Positions 38,601 to 52,647 are shown, numbered from the whole stretch's first letter. The stretch: 63,466 nt of DNA, filler included, from Octopus bimaculoides (GCF_001194135.2; 5 parts of 5 records of this genome joined end to end with filler, not necessarily neighbours in it); one strand, 5' to 3'. The notes: generated from the sequence alone by a model not told the origin. A program made the numbers and translations.

Positions 38601-39199
38601 AGAACTGAAGTGAAAATTCTCAAATTTAGCCTATTGATATACTTTTCATCTTGATCCCGAGACTGTGATACATTTTTACTCTTTTACTCTTTTATTTTTT
38701 CAGTCATTTGACTGCGGCCGTGCTGAACGACCGCCTTTAGTCGAGCAAATCAACCCCAGGACTTATTCCTTGTAAGCCTTGTACTTATTCCATCAGTCTC
38801 TCTTGCTGAATTGCAAAGTTACCGGGATGTAAACGCACCAGCATCGGTTGTCAAGCAATGTTGGGGAGACAAACACAGACACACGAATCACACACAAACA
38901 CATATACACATATATATTCGACGGGCTTCTTTCAGTTTCCATCTACCAAATCCACTCACAAAGTTTTGGTCGGTCTTAGACTATGGTAGAAAATACTTGC
39001 CCAAGGTGCCACTCGGTGGAACTGAACCAGAACCATGTGGTTGATAAGCAAGCTACTTACCATACAGCCACTTCTACGCCATTACAAGAAATGTTTTACA
39101 AAAATTTTTTCGGATGGTTAAAGTTTGAACATTTTTACTAAATCATAAAACAAGATTAAGAAGCTAAGCATTTTGCGCGCGATAACCTGCGTATCAAAA

Positions 39200-39630
39200 T
39201 TCTTTTCTACTATTGGCACAAGGCCCGAAGTTTTAGTGGAGGGGGCCAGTCGATTAGATCGACCCCAGTACGCAACTGGTACTTAATTTATCGTTCCCGA
39301 AAGGATGAAAGGCAAAGTCGACCTCGGCGGAATTTGAACTCAGAACGTAAAGACAGACGAAATACTGCTAGGCATTTCGCCCGGCGTGATGACGTTTCTT
39401 ATTTCTTTATTGCCCACAAGGGGCTGAACATAGAGGGGATAAACAAGGACACACAAAGGGACTAAGTCGATCACATCGACGACAGTGCATAACTGGTACT
39501 TAATTTATCGACCCCGAAAGGATGAAAGGCAAAATCGACCTCGGCGGAATTTGAACTCAGAACGTAGCGGCAGACGAAATTCTGCTAAGCATTTCGCCCG
39601 GCGTGCTAACGTTTCTGCCAGTTCGGCGCC
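39200..39630 (-). mobile_element. Family-B SINE dimer
   Basis: Two head-to-tail copies of different subtype, flanked by ctgcgtatcaaa at 39187-39198 and 39634-39645. Confidence 0.8.
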
Positions 39631-40040
39631 TTTCTGCGTATCAAATATAAATTAAATATTATAAGACGTCGTTTTAAACAAAATGGAAGCAATGCGTGAG
39701 AGTTAATACGTATACAGAGTGAGTGTCAAAGAGAGTGATAATTATTTAGAAGGAGAGAGATTGATGATGATAGTGAGTGGGAGATTTCTCGATCTACGAG
39801 TTTTTTTCTCGTAGCAAATTATATTTTTTCATAATTATTTACGGTCAATGTTATCATTGGAACTCAGATTTCGAAATTCAAATTCGTTTTTCTCGAGGGA
39901 CCACCGTTTCAGAGCCTTTTAGGACTAAACAAACATGCATAACCATATTTATATAGTACACACACACACACACATATCTGTGCATGTATGTATGTATGTA
40001 TGTATGTATATATATATGTATATATATATGTGTGTGTGTG

Positions 40041-40083
<43 letters not shown>

Positions 40084-40736
40084 NNNNNNNNNNNNNNNNN
40101 NNNNNNNNNNNNNNNNNNNNNNNNNNNNNNNNNNNNNNNNNNNNNNNNNNNNNNNNNNNNNNNNNNNNNNNNNNNNNNNNNNNNNNNNNNNNNNNNNNNN
40201 NNNNNNNNNNNNNNNNNNNNNNNNNNNNNNNNNNNNNNNNNNNNNNNNNNNNNNNNNNNNNNNNNNNNNNNNNNNNNNNNNNNNNNNNNNNNNNNNNNNN
40301 NNNNNNNNNNNNNNNNNNNNNNNNNNNNNNNNNNNNNNNNNNNNNNNNNNNNNNNNNNNNNNNNNNNNNNNNNNNNNNNNNNNNNNNNNNNNNNNNNNNN
40401 NNNNNNNNNNNNNNNNNNNNNNNNNNNNNNNNNNNNNNNNNNNNNNNNNNNNNNNNNNNNNNNNNNNNNNNNNNNNNNNNNNNNNNNNNNNNNNNNNNNN
40501 NNNNNNNNNNNNNNNNNNNNNNNNNNNNNNNNNNNNNNNNNNNNNNNNNNNNNNNNNNNNNNNNNNNNNNNNNNNNNNNNNNNNNNNNNNNNNNNNNNNN
40601 NNNNNNNNNNNNNNNNNNNNNNNNNNNNNNNNNNNNNNNNNNNNNNNNNNNNNNNNNNNNNNNNNNNNNNNNNNNNNNNNNATATATACATCTACATATA
40701 TACTAATCATACATACTCATGCAACAAAGACACGCA

Positions 40737-40776
<40 letters not shown>

Positions 40777-41544
40777 ACAGACAGGGATATAAAAAAATTG
40801 GTACATGGAAGGAAAGATAAACTACATAAATAGCAAGAAAGTGTGACAGAGAGAGAGGGGGGAAGAGAAAGAGAGGAGGAGAAGGATTTTATAAAAATAA
40901 AAAAAATATCAATGAAAATAAGAGAACGATAATTTATAGTTTAATATGTAAATAAATAGATTTTTATTCCTTTGAATTTACTCCTTCTCCATGACAACGA
41001 ACTTATTATCTTACAAACATTTCCCTTTTTAAATTTGTTGAAGCAAACTTTCTCACTCAAGCGTAAAAGAGAGATTTTTAAAGTATACAAAATATTAAAT
41101 ATATCACTTGATGAAATTACCAGGACTACATACATATATACATGCATACATACATAAATACATACATACAAACATACATGTATGTATGTATGTATGTACG
41201 TACGTATGTATGCCTGTTTGTTTCTATGTATGTATATTCTAAATTTTTAAAGTTATTTTTCGTTCTTAATATTTATGTTGACATACCTGTTTGTCACTTG
41301 TATGAAAAATATTCTTTTTAATAAAAAGTATATATATACGTTCGCATGTAGCTTGATACTTTCATAATATAGAATATATATGAAATAAAACTTTATCTTG
41401 CTTGCTTTGACCCCAAGTGAGACTATATATGTAATGATGTATAATTAATTAATCGTTTAAATTAATGTAATGTCATTTGCAGAAATTAAAATTCAAAGGA
41501 ATACTTCTGTCAAATTGTTTTTCTGGTGAACTGTCTTTTCGCTT

Positions 41545-41823
41545 GATTTATGCTCTATGTATGTATGTATGTATGTATGTATGTATGTATGTATGTATGT
41601 ATGTATGTACGTATGTACGTATGTATGTATGTATGTATGTATGTGTATATGTATGCATGTATGTATGTATGTATGTGTGTATGTATTTATGTATGTATGT
41701 AGGTATGTATTTATGTATGTATGTATGCATATATGTATATGTGTGCGTGTCTGTATATGTATGCATGTATATATGTATGTGTGTGTCTCTATATGTATGT
41801 ATGTTTGTATGTATGTTTGTATA

Positions 41824-41859
<36 letters not shown>

Positions 41860-41885
41860 TGTATGCATGCATGTATGTATATGTG
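41545..41885. repeat. Degenerate (ATGT)n microsatellite
   Basis: Directly visible. Other large tracts: (TAA)n 20849-20925, (CA)n 22560-22640 and 30730-30850, (AAT)n 48610-48690, (TAT)n 52805-52885, (AGAT)n 55418-55488. Confidence 0.95.
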
Positions 41886-43802
41886 AGTGAGTGGACAAAT
41901 ATGGTACTCAGTTTATTTCTAACGAGTTTCACATTATCCAATAACAACTCGGCTCCATGCAACTGAAAGTCTCGTAGGTTTATCAAACGAACCTATCTCG
42001 TCAGACTTGTAGAGACCGGATAAGACGAGTCTAAGATGGCTTCGCAATTTTGGGCAACTATTAGTCAACGCATATCATACGGTTTAATTGATATATCAGC
42101 GACATCAATTCATATTGCACGGATAGAATTTTGGTGATATCATTTCGATGGTGTGTAAATGAATACATGATGTGTAAGCGTTTGTTTCTGGTGTGTATGC
42201 GTATGTGCCTGCTTTCTGTGTATGCATGCGTGTGTCTGTGAGTGTGTGTGTGTAGTGCCTGTATGCGTGAATCTTGTTATGTAATCGTAGGTATACTCAA
42301 GGGCAATGTTCTACAGAGCTACCCTCACACCATTTGATATCATCGCAAGACACTACACGGGTGTGACATCCAAAAGCTTCACGAGAAAGTATACACAGCT
42401 TAAGTAAAGTTGCAGGGATAGAAAAATCTCAACCTGTCTGTCACACTTTATCTCGAGACCTCGAGGTCATCAGAACTCTCCTCATAACGAGAAGATTATC
42501 ATTGACAGATGAACCTCCTCACCTGGATTTTGCAATTGTGTACACTACATCTCCACCAACTTGCAGGGTCCATCAACAGATATGCACTGTTAATAAAGTT
42601 CAAACCACCACTCGCCACATTAGGTCTAGCCACTCCATATACATAACTTCTGCTGACCTTACAGAAACACAGCTCTACCCATTTAGACCATCAGACCTCA
42701 TATATTTTTCATAAATATTCCGCTTTAAATATATTTTTCTTTTCCTTTTCTAGCAGCACCGTATTTTGAACCCAACAAGGGTAAGGGCAAAGACACCTTT
42801 CGGTCATGAATGACTATGGGATTGCTCCTAGAAAGTTCCACTCCGAAGCACAAGTCCTGGCAAGGTTGTTTACGGAAGACCAGCAGTCATCCATGCATAC
42901 CAGCTTCCACTCTCCACGCCACCAATGTTACCTAAGCGAAAGGCAAAGGCCGATATAGCTTGGAACCTGTGAAGTTGCAACTCATTTCTACATCTGAGTA
43001 AACTGGAGCAACGAGAAATCAAGTGTCTTGCTCAAGAACATAACACACAGCCCTATACGGGAATCGAATTCACTACCTCATGATTGTAAGCCGATACTCT
43101 AACCACTGAGCCATGCGACTTATTCTAACAACAAACATGTTTATATCCAGTTAAATGCTGTTCACCTGGGAATAACAAGTACACATATATACGCACACGC
43201 CAGATACACACGAACACGCACCAGATATATACGTGCAGATACACCAGACAGTCGCGAACATACACACACCAAATCTAATTCCCACCACGATTAGGCTATT
43301 GCAACCGCCCAGCTTCGAATCCAATACACCAGTTCACCAGACTGAAATACACACACACACACACACACATACACACACCACTGACATACACACCAGATAT
43401 GCACACATGCACACAAAAAATATATATTCGCACCCATACCATATATATATATATACAGACTATATATACACGTACATACTCCTCTAATTAGCAGTGCCTC
43501 TCAGTAGAGAAATGAACGTGCATACACAAGATTTACGTGTAATGGAACCAGACACACTCACGCAAGCACTCTCTCTCTCACACACACACAGTATTTACAT
43601 ACGCACACGCACCATATGCATTCATTCATATATAAGGTACAATGTATGTGTGCAACTGTGTATATGTGTGTTTGTGTGTATACACACACGCATACACAGA
43701 GTACTAGAATGTATGTATGGACCGATGTAGATACGTATATATGTATTCGTATGTACTTTTGTTTATTCTTTGGGATATAACTCCTTTTAATCTTTCGGTC
43801 AG

Positions 43803-43886
43803 TACCGAAGTCCCAAGGCTTTTTCTCTATGCCATGACTGCTCTTCTGATTTAAAGCTTTCTGGATTAACTGATGCATATGTGCAA
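43803..43886 (+). CDS. Candidate 84-nt phase 0-0 exon, product unknown
   Basis: Acceptor ctccttttaatctttcggtcag|, donor caa|gtaaac, open frame YRSPKAFSLCHDCSSDLKLSGLTDAYVQ. Confidence 0.35.
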
Positions 43887-44580
43887 GTAAACCCGCACTA
43901 TTTACAGGATATACATATTGCGTTTAGCATGTAGAAGTATATGTAAGCCATTACTGTGTATGTGAGAGTGGGTTTATGCATATATTCCGTATGACCACTG
44001 GTTGATTATATTTATACTCAACCAAAGAACCTTGGAATGTTGAATTATCTTTCACTGTACCTCGCATCGATTGTATTAGTAGAATGCGATCTTGCTTGCT
44101 GAATCCTTTTAGGGATCGTTGCAGATTCTTCTAACGTAACCCTGTGCAATCACGATAAAAATAGAACTCAAAACCGCATAACTAATATTCTTTTCCCCAT
44201 TTATGACGAGACATTCATAGCCCCGAGCAGTTGATCTCTACAACAGATCATGACATTTGCTCCCAATCCATGCAACAAGGACTGACCTCTTGTATTTGAA
44301 CTGAACCGGGATGATTAGAATTTTTTTCCACCAGTTCTTTTTTTTTAACTTCAGAAATGTAGCCATATTTTTTGTTGTGGAATACCGTTGATACTGCCAT
44401 CGGGATAATCCCTCTTGGTTAAAATCTCGTTTGTTATTTAACAGTAGTGTCTTATGATTTATGGAGATAGTATTTTGTGTCTTAAGGAAGGTCACATCTA
44501 TCTAAGCATGCATATCTACATGTATGTATGTATGTATGTATGTATGTATGTATGTATGTATGTATGTATGTATGTATGTA

Positions 44581-45065
44581 TCGAGTTGTAAGGCGAACAA
44601 AGGTGTGGAATGGAATGAAAGCGTTTGAAGAGGCCAGGATGCAAGCAAGACTCAAAAGATATTTAAGGAAGAATGTAAAGATCTACAAGGTGAATGACAA
44701 GGACCTTTTTGTGTGCACAGTCTGTGACAGACCATGTCTGTCTTTGGCTGGCCTCAAATCTCACCTGCGAACCCATGGAAAACAAACTTCAACCAACTAT
44801 TCTGAATATATGTCTGTGCACACGTTTGAATGTGGTGTATGCCGGAAGGCTTGCAAATCCAATGGGGGTCTTAAAAGACATGTTAGGATCCACAATGAGC
44901 AGAACTTACCTGCAGGTATTGGTGGTTCAAATCAGAGGTGCAATCTGTGTGGGTGTTTTTTCAGAACATTGTCTGGTTTAAAAAGCCACATCAGACGCCA
45001 TGAAGGGGCTAAGGTGTAGGTACAGGAAGTGGTCAAACTCTGTCTAAGGAGTAGACAACAACCAT
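44581..45065 (+). mobile_element. 5'-truncated RTE-like LINE end encoding three C2H2 zinc fingers
   Basis: VWNGMKAFEEARMQARLKRYLRK (RTE-like C-terminal helix), then CTVC..HLRTH, CGVC..HVRIH, CNLC..HIRRH, stop at 45019, short UTR, flanked by (ATGT)n. Confidence 0.7.
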
Positions 45066-45823
45066 GTATGTATGTACGAGTGTTAGAGTGTTCAATTCAC
45101 TAGCTTAAAGTCATAGACTGCATTTTTGAATTGAGTCGAACGCTGTCTCATTGATCTAGGTACTTTGCTTCAGGCTGTTTAACTGAAAATGAGTTCCAAC
45201 GGAGTGTAGAGCAGTCCTCTTTTCCATTCTTGTAATCACATACTAGATGTTCTACTAGACCAAGGGTGGGAAAGGCGAGAGGCTGTCTATGTCTGCTCGA
45301 AAATATATAGGCATCTCAAACAATTAGCGAAAGCATTGTACATGTTACCGAACCCTTTTCGCTTGCGTGTAACGTCTAAGCTATACTGCATGACTATATA
45401 TGTATGCATGTCAATGTGGGTGTGTATCTGTATGCATTTGTGCATGAATTCATGCATGCCTATATGCAAATATGGATGTATATGCAATTGTGTATTTATA
45501 CTCGCACGTGTATATGTCTATATAGGTTTGTATCAAACATATGTATCAGTTTGCAGCGTGCATATGTATATACGGGCTATTTTTAGTTCACCGAATTATT
45601 CCGGTTTCTAAAACAGGAATGGAATCTTTGGAAGGGAATCAGAAAACTTGCACAAATGTAATCAATATCTTTTAGATTGCATTTGCCAACTGGTGCTAAT
45701 ACAGATTGTGTTTAGAACGCCGGGAAACCTACGCATTTTTATTTTGCCTGTTTTTGCGCTATTACTTCTATTATTATTGCTATTATATTATTATTGATGT
45801 TGTTTTGTGTTGCTTTATTACTA

Positions 45824-45854
<31 letters not shown>

Positions 45855-46889
45855 CGACGACGACGACGACAACAACAACAACAATAACAATAATANNNNN
45901 NNNNNNNNNNNNNNNNNNNNNNNNNNNNNNNNNNNNNNNNNNNNNNNNNNNNNNNNNNNNNNNNNNNNNNNNNNNNNNNNNNNNNNNNNNNNNNNNNNNN
46001 NNNNNNNNNNNNNNNNNNNNNNNNNNNNNNNNNNNNNNNNNNNNNNNNNNNNNNNNNNNNNNNNNNNNNNNNNNNNNNNNNNNNNNNNNNNNNNNNNNNN
46101 NNNNNNNNNNNNNNNNNNNNNNNNNNNNNNNNNNNNNNNNNNNNNNNNNNNNNNNNNNNNNNNNNNNNNNNNNNNNNNNNNNNNNNNNNNNNNNNNNNNN
46201 NNNNNNNNNNNNNNNNNNNNNNNNNNNNNNNNNNNNNNNNNNNNNNNNNNNNNNNNNNNNNNNNNNNNNNNNNNNNNNNNNNNNNNNNNNNNNNNNNNNN
46301 NNNNNNNNNNNNNNNNNNNNNNNNNNNNNNNNNNNNNNNNNNNNNNNNNNNNNNNNNNNNNNNNNNNNNNNNNNNNNNNNNNNNNNNNNNNNNNNNNNNN
46401 NNNNNNNNNNNNNNNNNNNNNNNNNNNNNNNNNNNNNNNNNNNNNNNNNNNNNNNNNNNNNNNNNNNNNNNNNNNNNNNNNNNNNNNNNNNNNNNNNNNN
46501 NNNNNNNNNNNNNNNNNNNNNNNNNNNNNNNNNNNNNNNNNNNNNNNNNNNNNNNNNNNNNNNNNNNNNNNNNNNNNNNNNNATATATATACATGTATGT
46601 ATGTATGTATGTATGTATGTATGTATGTATGTATGTATGTGTGTGTGTATATGTTTGTGTGTCTGTGTTTGTCCCCCTAACATCGCTTGACAACCGATAC
46701 TGGTGTTTAAGTCCCCCGTAACCTAGCGATTCGGCAAAAGATACCGATAGAATAAATATTAGGCTTACAAAGAATGTCCTAGGGTCAATTTGCTCGACTA
46801 AAAGTGGTGCTCCACCATGGCCACAGTCAAATGACTGAAACAAGTAAAAGAGTAAAGAGTAAAAGAGAGTAATAATAATGGTAATACAA

Positions 46890-47835
46890 TATTCTAAGCG
46901 CTGGCGGACAAATTTGGGAATGGCCTGGATTGATTACCACAAAACTTAAAATATGATTCTACATTCGTGGATTATTGAGTACTTTTGTGCTTTGCTTTGA
47001 CCCTGCTAACAAACTTTTTTAAATGAAACCACCATAGATTACAGATACTATGGACAAACTATAAATCATATCCTATACATGAATGACAAAAAAAAAGTTT
47101 TCATTAAAAGTACACCGTAGCAGATAAACCGTCTGAATACCCTCCATGGCTAATACCGTGCAAGGGTTGAAAGAGAAGAGGTGAAGCCTAAGTAAAAGCC
47201 AACAATTGTTCAAATGCTCTGAACTAAAAGCTTAAAGGGAAGGACTTATTTGCGCTGCACAAGACCAATGCCTGACTACAAACAATTATAAAAGCAAAAT
47301 ATGAAAACAGAACCTAACATCAGATGCAGAATGTGCAACCAACACATTGAGACAGTTGACTACAGTATCGCGGGCTGTCCAGTCCTTACTTAAATCTGAA
47401 TATATATACAGACATGACCGAGTAAGTAGTTATATCCATTACAACATAAAATGTGACAATAAATTGTATAAACAAATAATGTACAAGACAACGACCAGTC
47501 CACAACCATCTGGGATGTTCCTGTTCAAACAAAGAAATCAAAGCTAAACGAACAGACATAATAATCAAGGACTTGAAAAAAAGCACCTGCTTGCTGATAA
47601 ACGTTGCAGTCCCAAAATATTTTCCAAAATGTAGAAATTTTTAAAATAAAAAGATATCCAAATTGAAGTGTTCAAGTTGTGAAACATGAAGGTGAAAACA
47701 ATACCAGTAATAATCAGAGCATTGGGTATGTTGAAAAAAAAAGCGTATGAATGAAAACGTTGAATCTATAACTGGACCCTCAACACTGCACACCATCTAA
47801 AAAGTAAACTTGAAAGAAACAGGTCACATTCTATA
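46890..47835 (+). mobile_element. R4/Dong-clade LINE remnant (RT, CCHC, REL endonuclease)
   Basis: GMAWIDYHKT..HSWII; EGLICAAQDQCL; CRMCNQHIETVD..GCPVL; YRHDRV; KRTDIIIKD..CLLINVAVP; TIPVIIRALGML. Confidence 0.8.
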
Positions 47836-48101
47836 TAAGGCACAATCAATTTAATAGTACAACCCTAATAAAACAATCTACAAACACAAAACACACGCTA
47901 TACAGTAAATATACAATAAATTAAAATACCTGCACAGCATGTACTCTACAGATCGAATGCCCAACAAAGGAACACAACTCAGATTACGCACACAGCACAC
48001 AATACAGACACTAATATAACAAAAGACTGCAACTAAACCCCATAAGAAAACAAAACTGATTTGTGTAATATAATAGCTTGCAGAGTTTGTACTCTCTAAT
48101 C

Positions 48102-48488
48102 GTGGAGGCGCAATGGCCCAGTGGTTAGGGCAGCGGACTCGCGGTCACAGGATCGCGGTTTCGATTCCCAGAGCTGGCGTTATGAGTGTTTATTGAGCGA
48201 AAACACCTAAAAGCTCCACGAGGCTCCGGCAGGGGATTGTGGCGAACCCTGCTGTACACTTTCACCAGAACTTTCTCTCACTCTTACTTCCTGTTTCTGA
48301 TGTGCCTGTAATTCAAAGGGTCAGCCTTGTCACACTCTGTGTCACGCTGAATATCCCCGAGAACTACGTTAAGGGTACACGTGTTTGTGGAGTGCTCAGC
48401 CACTTGCACGTTAATTTCACGAGCAGGCTGTTCCGTTGATCGGATCAACTGGAACCCTCGACGTCGTAAGCGACGGAGTGCCAACAAC
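48102..48488 (+). mobile_element. SINE family F head with tail type Y
   Basis: Head as 12561; tail gtgtcacgctgaat...gtcgtaagcgacggagtgccaacaac shared with 54628-54946. Confidence 0.85.
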
Positions 48489-48605
48489 TCTCCTAATAAC
48501 AACAAAAATAAAAAGAAATAAGAACACTCAATGCAGCACACACCCCAGCAACATGGACGTGTAGCAGATGGTGCAATGGAAATTTACCTGAGACTAACAA
48601 ATGTC

Positions 48606-48690
<85 letters not shown>

Positions 48691-49124
48691 NNNNNNNNNN
48701 NNNNNNNNNNNNNNNNNNNNNNNNNNNNNNNNNNTTAATTAATTAANNNNNNNNNNNNNNNNNNNNNNNNNNNNNNNNNNNNNNNNNNNNATACATATAC
48801 ACCTTCTTCTACAGAATTTTAACGTGCTACTTGTGAAAAGGATTTTACATTATCAGTTATAATATTAATATCCATTTTGTGGTAAGTTCTAATATACGGT
48901 GGATGTAGCTGCGAATGATCACTTCGTAAGCCTATTAATATTTGCGTATACACAGACAGACAAACAGACAGACAGATGCATAATATGCACACAAAAGTAG
49001 GAAAGAGACACGTGCATTTATAGTTGACAAACTCCTCCTCATCGAACGTGGGAAAACGTTCGCTGCATTTGTCTAGTGCACGGGAGTATGCCAAGTATAA
49101 AAGTACATGTCTTTATCTCAAAAG

Positions 49125-49530
49125 TATTAGAACCAATGTTGGTGCATATGTTGAGGTGTCAGAGACAGTTTTTAAAACCTGGATGAAGTAACGCAGCGGA
49201 ATGCTATACGTGTTTTAGTAATATACTCAGCAACGTTTCACAAAGCCCACATAACCCAAGAATAGGTGTCAGGATATCGTTATGATCCCGTAACACCGAA
49301 CTCGTACACTCCAATCTCGTCAGATTTAATCACAGGGACTACTACATCTGGAGTATTATTGAAAAGGAGACCAATCGACATCATCGCAATACCATAGCTT
49401 CACTGAAAGCAGTCATTGTCCAGGTGATATCCAAAACCAATAAGAACCATTTAGTGCAGGCATGTCAATGATTTCTGTCCGGCATTGAAGCAATCATCGA
49501 AACTGAAAATGGATTCAGAAAAATCTCATA
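49125..49530 (+). mobile_element. Tc1/mariner superfamily (maT/DD37D-like) transposase remnant
   Basis: YVEVSETVFKTWM..YVF and DYYIWSIIEKETNRHHRNTIASLKAVIVQVISKTNKNHLVQAC..IEAIIETENGF. Confidence 0.75.
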
Positions 49531-49927
49531 AGAAAACTTATCGAGAAAATACGCACAATTTTTTTATTAAAATACATTTGTATTTTGCTAGATTAGAATC
49601 GTTTCATTAATATACCAATTATGTTTTCAAATACATCTCTCACACCAGTATTTTCTTACAAATTCCACTCCCTTAGTTGAATATCTCATAGGATATGTCA
49701 CAGATTTGATATATTTTATTTTGTGAAAATACTACCGGAAGTGAGATCCGAAGAATAAACTAAAACTTTTATAGTTCCATTATAAATATGTGATCTTATT
49801 TTACACATTAAATAATCATTGCTCCATCTCTGGTATCAAATTGTACTTAATTACCTATTGTTGTCATTTATTTTATTTTTTTTTGAAACTGAAATGAAAC
49901 TTCATGACGATATTTTTGTCTTTTCAG

Positions 49928-50058
49928 ACTTTTGAAAGAGGGAATTGAAAAACTGGCCGACCTTAAGTGTCCAGAGAAGTTTACTAAAATACTTCAAATC
50001 CACGGCTATGATATAATGTCTGACAAATGCAGATCAATCAACAAAATTGTTTCATCCG
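49928..50058 (+). CDS. Candidate exon, product unknown
   Basis: Strong acceptor tatttttgtctttttcag|, open frame LLKEGIEKLADLKCPEKFTKILQIHGYDIMSDKCRSINKIVSS, weak donor ccg|gtataa. Confidence 0.35.
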
Positions 50059-50163
50059 GTATAAAATCACTTCCAAATATCTCCTTCATTTCCTTGTTGT
50101 TTCTAATCTTACTTTTTGTTACTAGCTAAAGAAATCTCAATGACTTATTCAACGATTAATCCC

Positions 50164-50198
<35 letters not shown>

Positions 50199-51844
50199 CA
50201 TTATTAAAGTAACAGTCATGTACTGATGTCGATAAATCGCTTGTTTACTTATAATAGACTTTGCATAATATTTCCGAAGATCCTTAACATGCTAATCACT
50301 TATTAGATCCATATAATCACCTACAATCCTCTTTATTCTTACCCAGCCCACCTCAAATGAGATCCTGATTTGTTATAAAAAAATAAATATGTCAGAAATA
50401 TTACAGTTGTTGGTTGTTGTTGTTGCTGTCGTTTTTTTTTTTTTTTAATAATTTATTCAGAAAGGAGTTGATATCTCCATAGCTTTCTTATTTCTGGAAA
50501 AAGTGACTGCAACTTGGCGTTTCTAGGTTCACAACATGTTGCTGTTTCTATAATCTTCGTCGATCTGGAAGAATTGGAAATGTCTTTAGAAGTGCTTGGG
50601 TCCATAATCTTTGTAAATTTTAACGAACTTTGTGTCAATTGCATGTCTAGATATCGAAGAATGGTTATGTCCAGAGCACTCGGAGGTCTGTACGATGCGG
50701 CTATGTCTAAAGCATTTTTAGGTCAGGAAGAAATAGTTCAGTCCATAGACTGTCTACTTCCTGAAGGAGTATCTGTGATCATAACCTTCGTATGAGTAAA
50801 TGGGGGACCTAAGACCAAGTAGATCGACTCGACACAAGCTAGTATGTTAAACTTAGTTGACGGAAACTGCATGGAATCCCTTCACTTTGCTTTAGGATGC
50901 GTGCGTATGTATGAACTTATGTATGCATGTATGTATGTAGCTCCATGTAGTAGATATATAAACAGGGCTAATTTAGCTATTTCTCTGTAGATTGAAAAAA
51001 ATCATGAATAGCCTTAATCGATTTTCGAACATTATTGGGATCTTGTCAGAATGTATATGTTGAACGATGAAAATGGATGTTTAACATCTAATTAGTGGAT
51101 AAAATTTCTTTATTTGTGTATTAAGGCTACCATTGGTTTCATGTTACGAAAAATATTTTAATATCCTAATTTTTCTAGACGATCACATGGAGGAATGGTT
51201 TTCGTCTCCATGCTGGATGAAAATACAGGGTCTCGGGAAAAATCTCATGAATTCCCAGAAAGTTTCATAAAGAAAGCAAGAAATCAAGGGGTGCTACTCT
51301 TGGGTGACACATTTGAGTGATTATCTCCCTTGGATTCGACTCCTGTGTTGAGTGGTGAATTTGCTTACATTATACACTATACTATATTCTAGGTATATGT
51401 GATGTTTCTGTGTTTGCCTGCTGAGAGAGTTCATCAGGGGAGCATGTTTCTTCTACGTGTGAAGTTTTTGTGTTGTATATGTTCAATGTTCACGCTCAGG
51501 GAAAGAAGCTACCTTGGTAGGGTTGGCAGCGCGGTTCATGGTTCCTCTTAGAAGTATTGGAGTGTGAAATACCGCTTGTGTGCGCTGCAAAGAATTTACG
51601 AGAATATTAGAAGCTATTGAATATGAAAATGGAGCATAATACCATTATATCATTATAGAATATGATAAGATTATAGAGATATTGAAAATCAATAAAGAGT
51701 ATAAGAAAACTAAAAATTTTGATAGAAATAATAATGATAATAATAATAACAAATTTCTGAATAACAATTATAATAGGAAACAACCCAATTTTAATAAAAG
51801 TAATACTGAAAAAAGTTTATAGAAACAATAAGAAGAAATCAACA

Positions 51845-52585
51845 AGTGTTATATGGAATAATGTTCCATTTTCATATTTAATAGCTTCTAATATCCCTCT
51901 CGAAGTTTTTGCAGTACTAATTAGGTATATCCCACCTTCAAGTAAATATGGCTAATTATTTAATAGACATAATCTTAATTTTTCGTATTCAACAACCAGA
52001 AATTTAGCTGAGATTATTGCAGCACAAAATAAACAGAGAATTAGAGAATATCTAAATTCTAAATATATAAATAATTGTAGAACTGATAATACGTATTGTG
52101 AAATTAACGCTCTATAATTTATCAAAATGCTGATAATATAGTTAGTTTTTTACCTTGTATTAATATTAATTCTAATAATAATTATTATTATAATCCAAAT
52201 TTAACTCCTATTTTACAGACGGGTGCTAATAGAAATTCTTATAACTATGAAGGCAATTTACAAGTGAACAAACCCATGTGCAACTGTGTAAACAAAGCTC
52301 GATGCCCTTTAAGAAATCAGTGTTTAAAAAAGAATATAGTGTATCAACGTGAAGTAATAAGTAAATATCGTAACAAGTGATATAATGGTTCATATGCTCC
52401 TAGTTGGAAATCTGGATATTATAATCATTCTAAATCCTCTAAATATAGAAGAAAATGTAATTTTACTAATCTTAGTAAATGCATAAAAAATTTAAAGAAT
52501 GAGAATATTGAATATGATTTAAAGTGGCCCATTATTAGTTATGAACTCTCGTATAATATTGGTAATTCTACTTGTGATCTTTTAT
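51845..52585 (+). mobile_element. Penelope-like element, C-terminal GIY-YIG endonuclease remnant
   Basis: IWNNVPFS..PPSSK..LFNRHNLNFSYSTTRNL; CNCVNKARCPLRNQCLKKNIVY...YNG...YYNHSKS...NIEYDLKW...YNIGNSTCDL. Confidence 0.8.
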
Positions 52586-52647
52586 ATTTTATTACTTCCA
52601 TTTTACTGATTTTGAGCTTTGGGATGATTTTCTTAGATGGCATATCA

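Noticed and set aside
36272-49743. Isolated TF motifs: GTCACGTGA (36272), CTAGAGGGCGC (36865), CCGGAAGTG (49735)
   Set aside because: Single short motifs are expected by chance in 63 kb, with no independent promoter evidence.
50450-50800. Possible LINE AP-endonuclease remnant (IAASYRPPS) on the minus strand
   Set aside because: A single motif with no supporting GDFN or SDH motifs.
51200-51600. Possible second Penelope endonuclease fragment on the minus strand
   Set aside because: Similarity is faint and needs many frameshifts.
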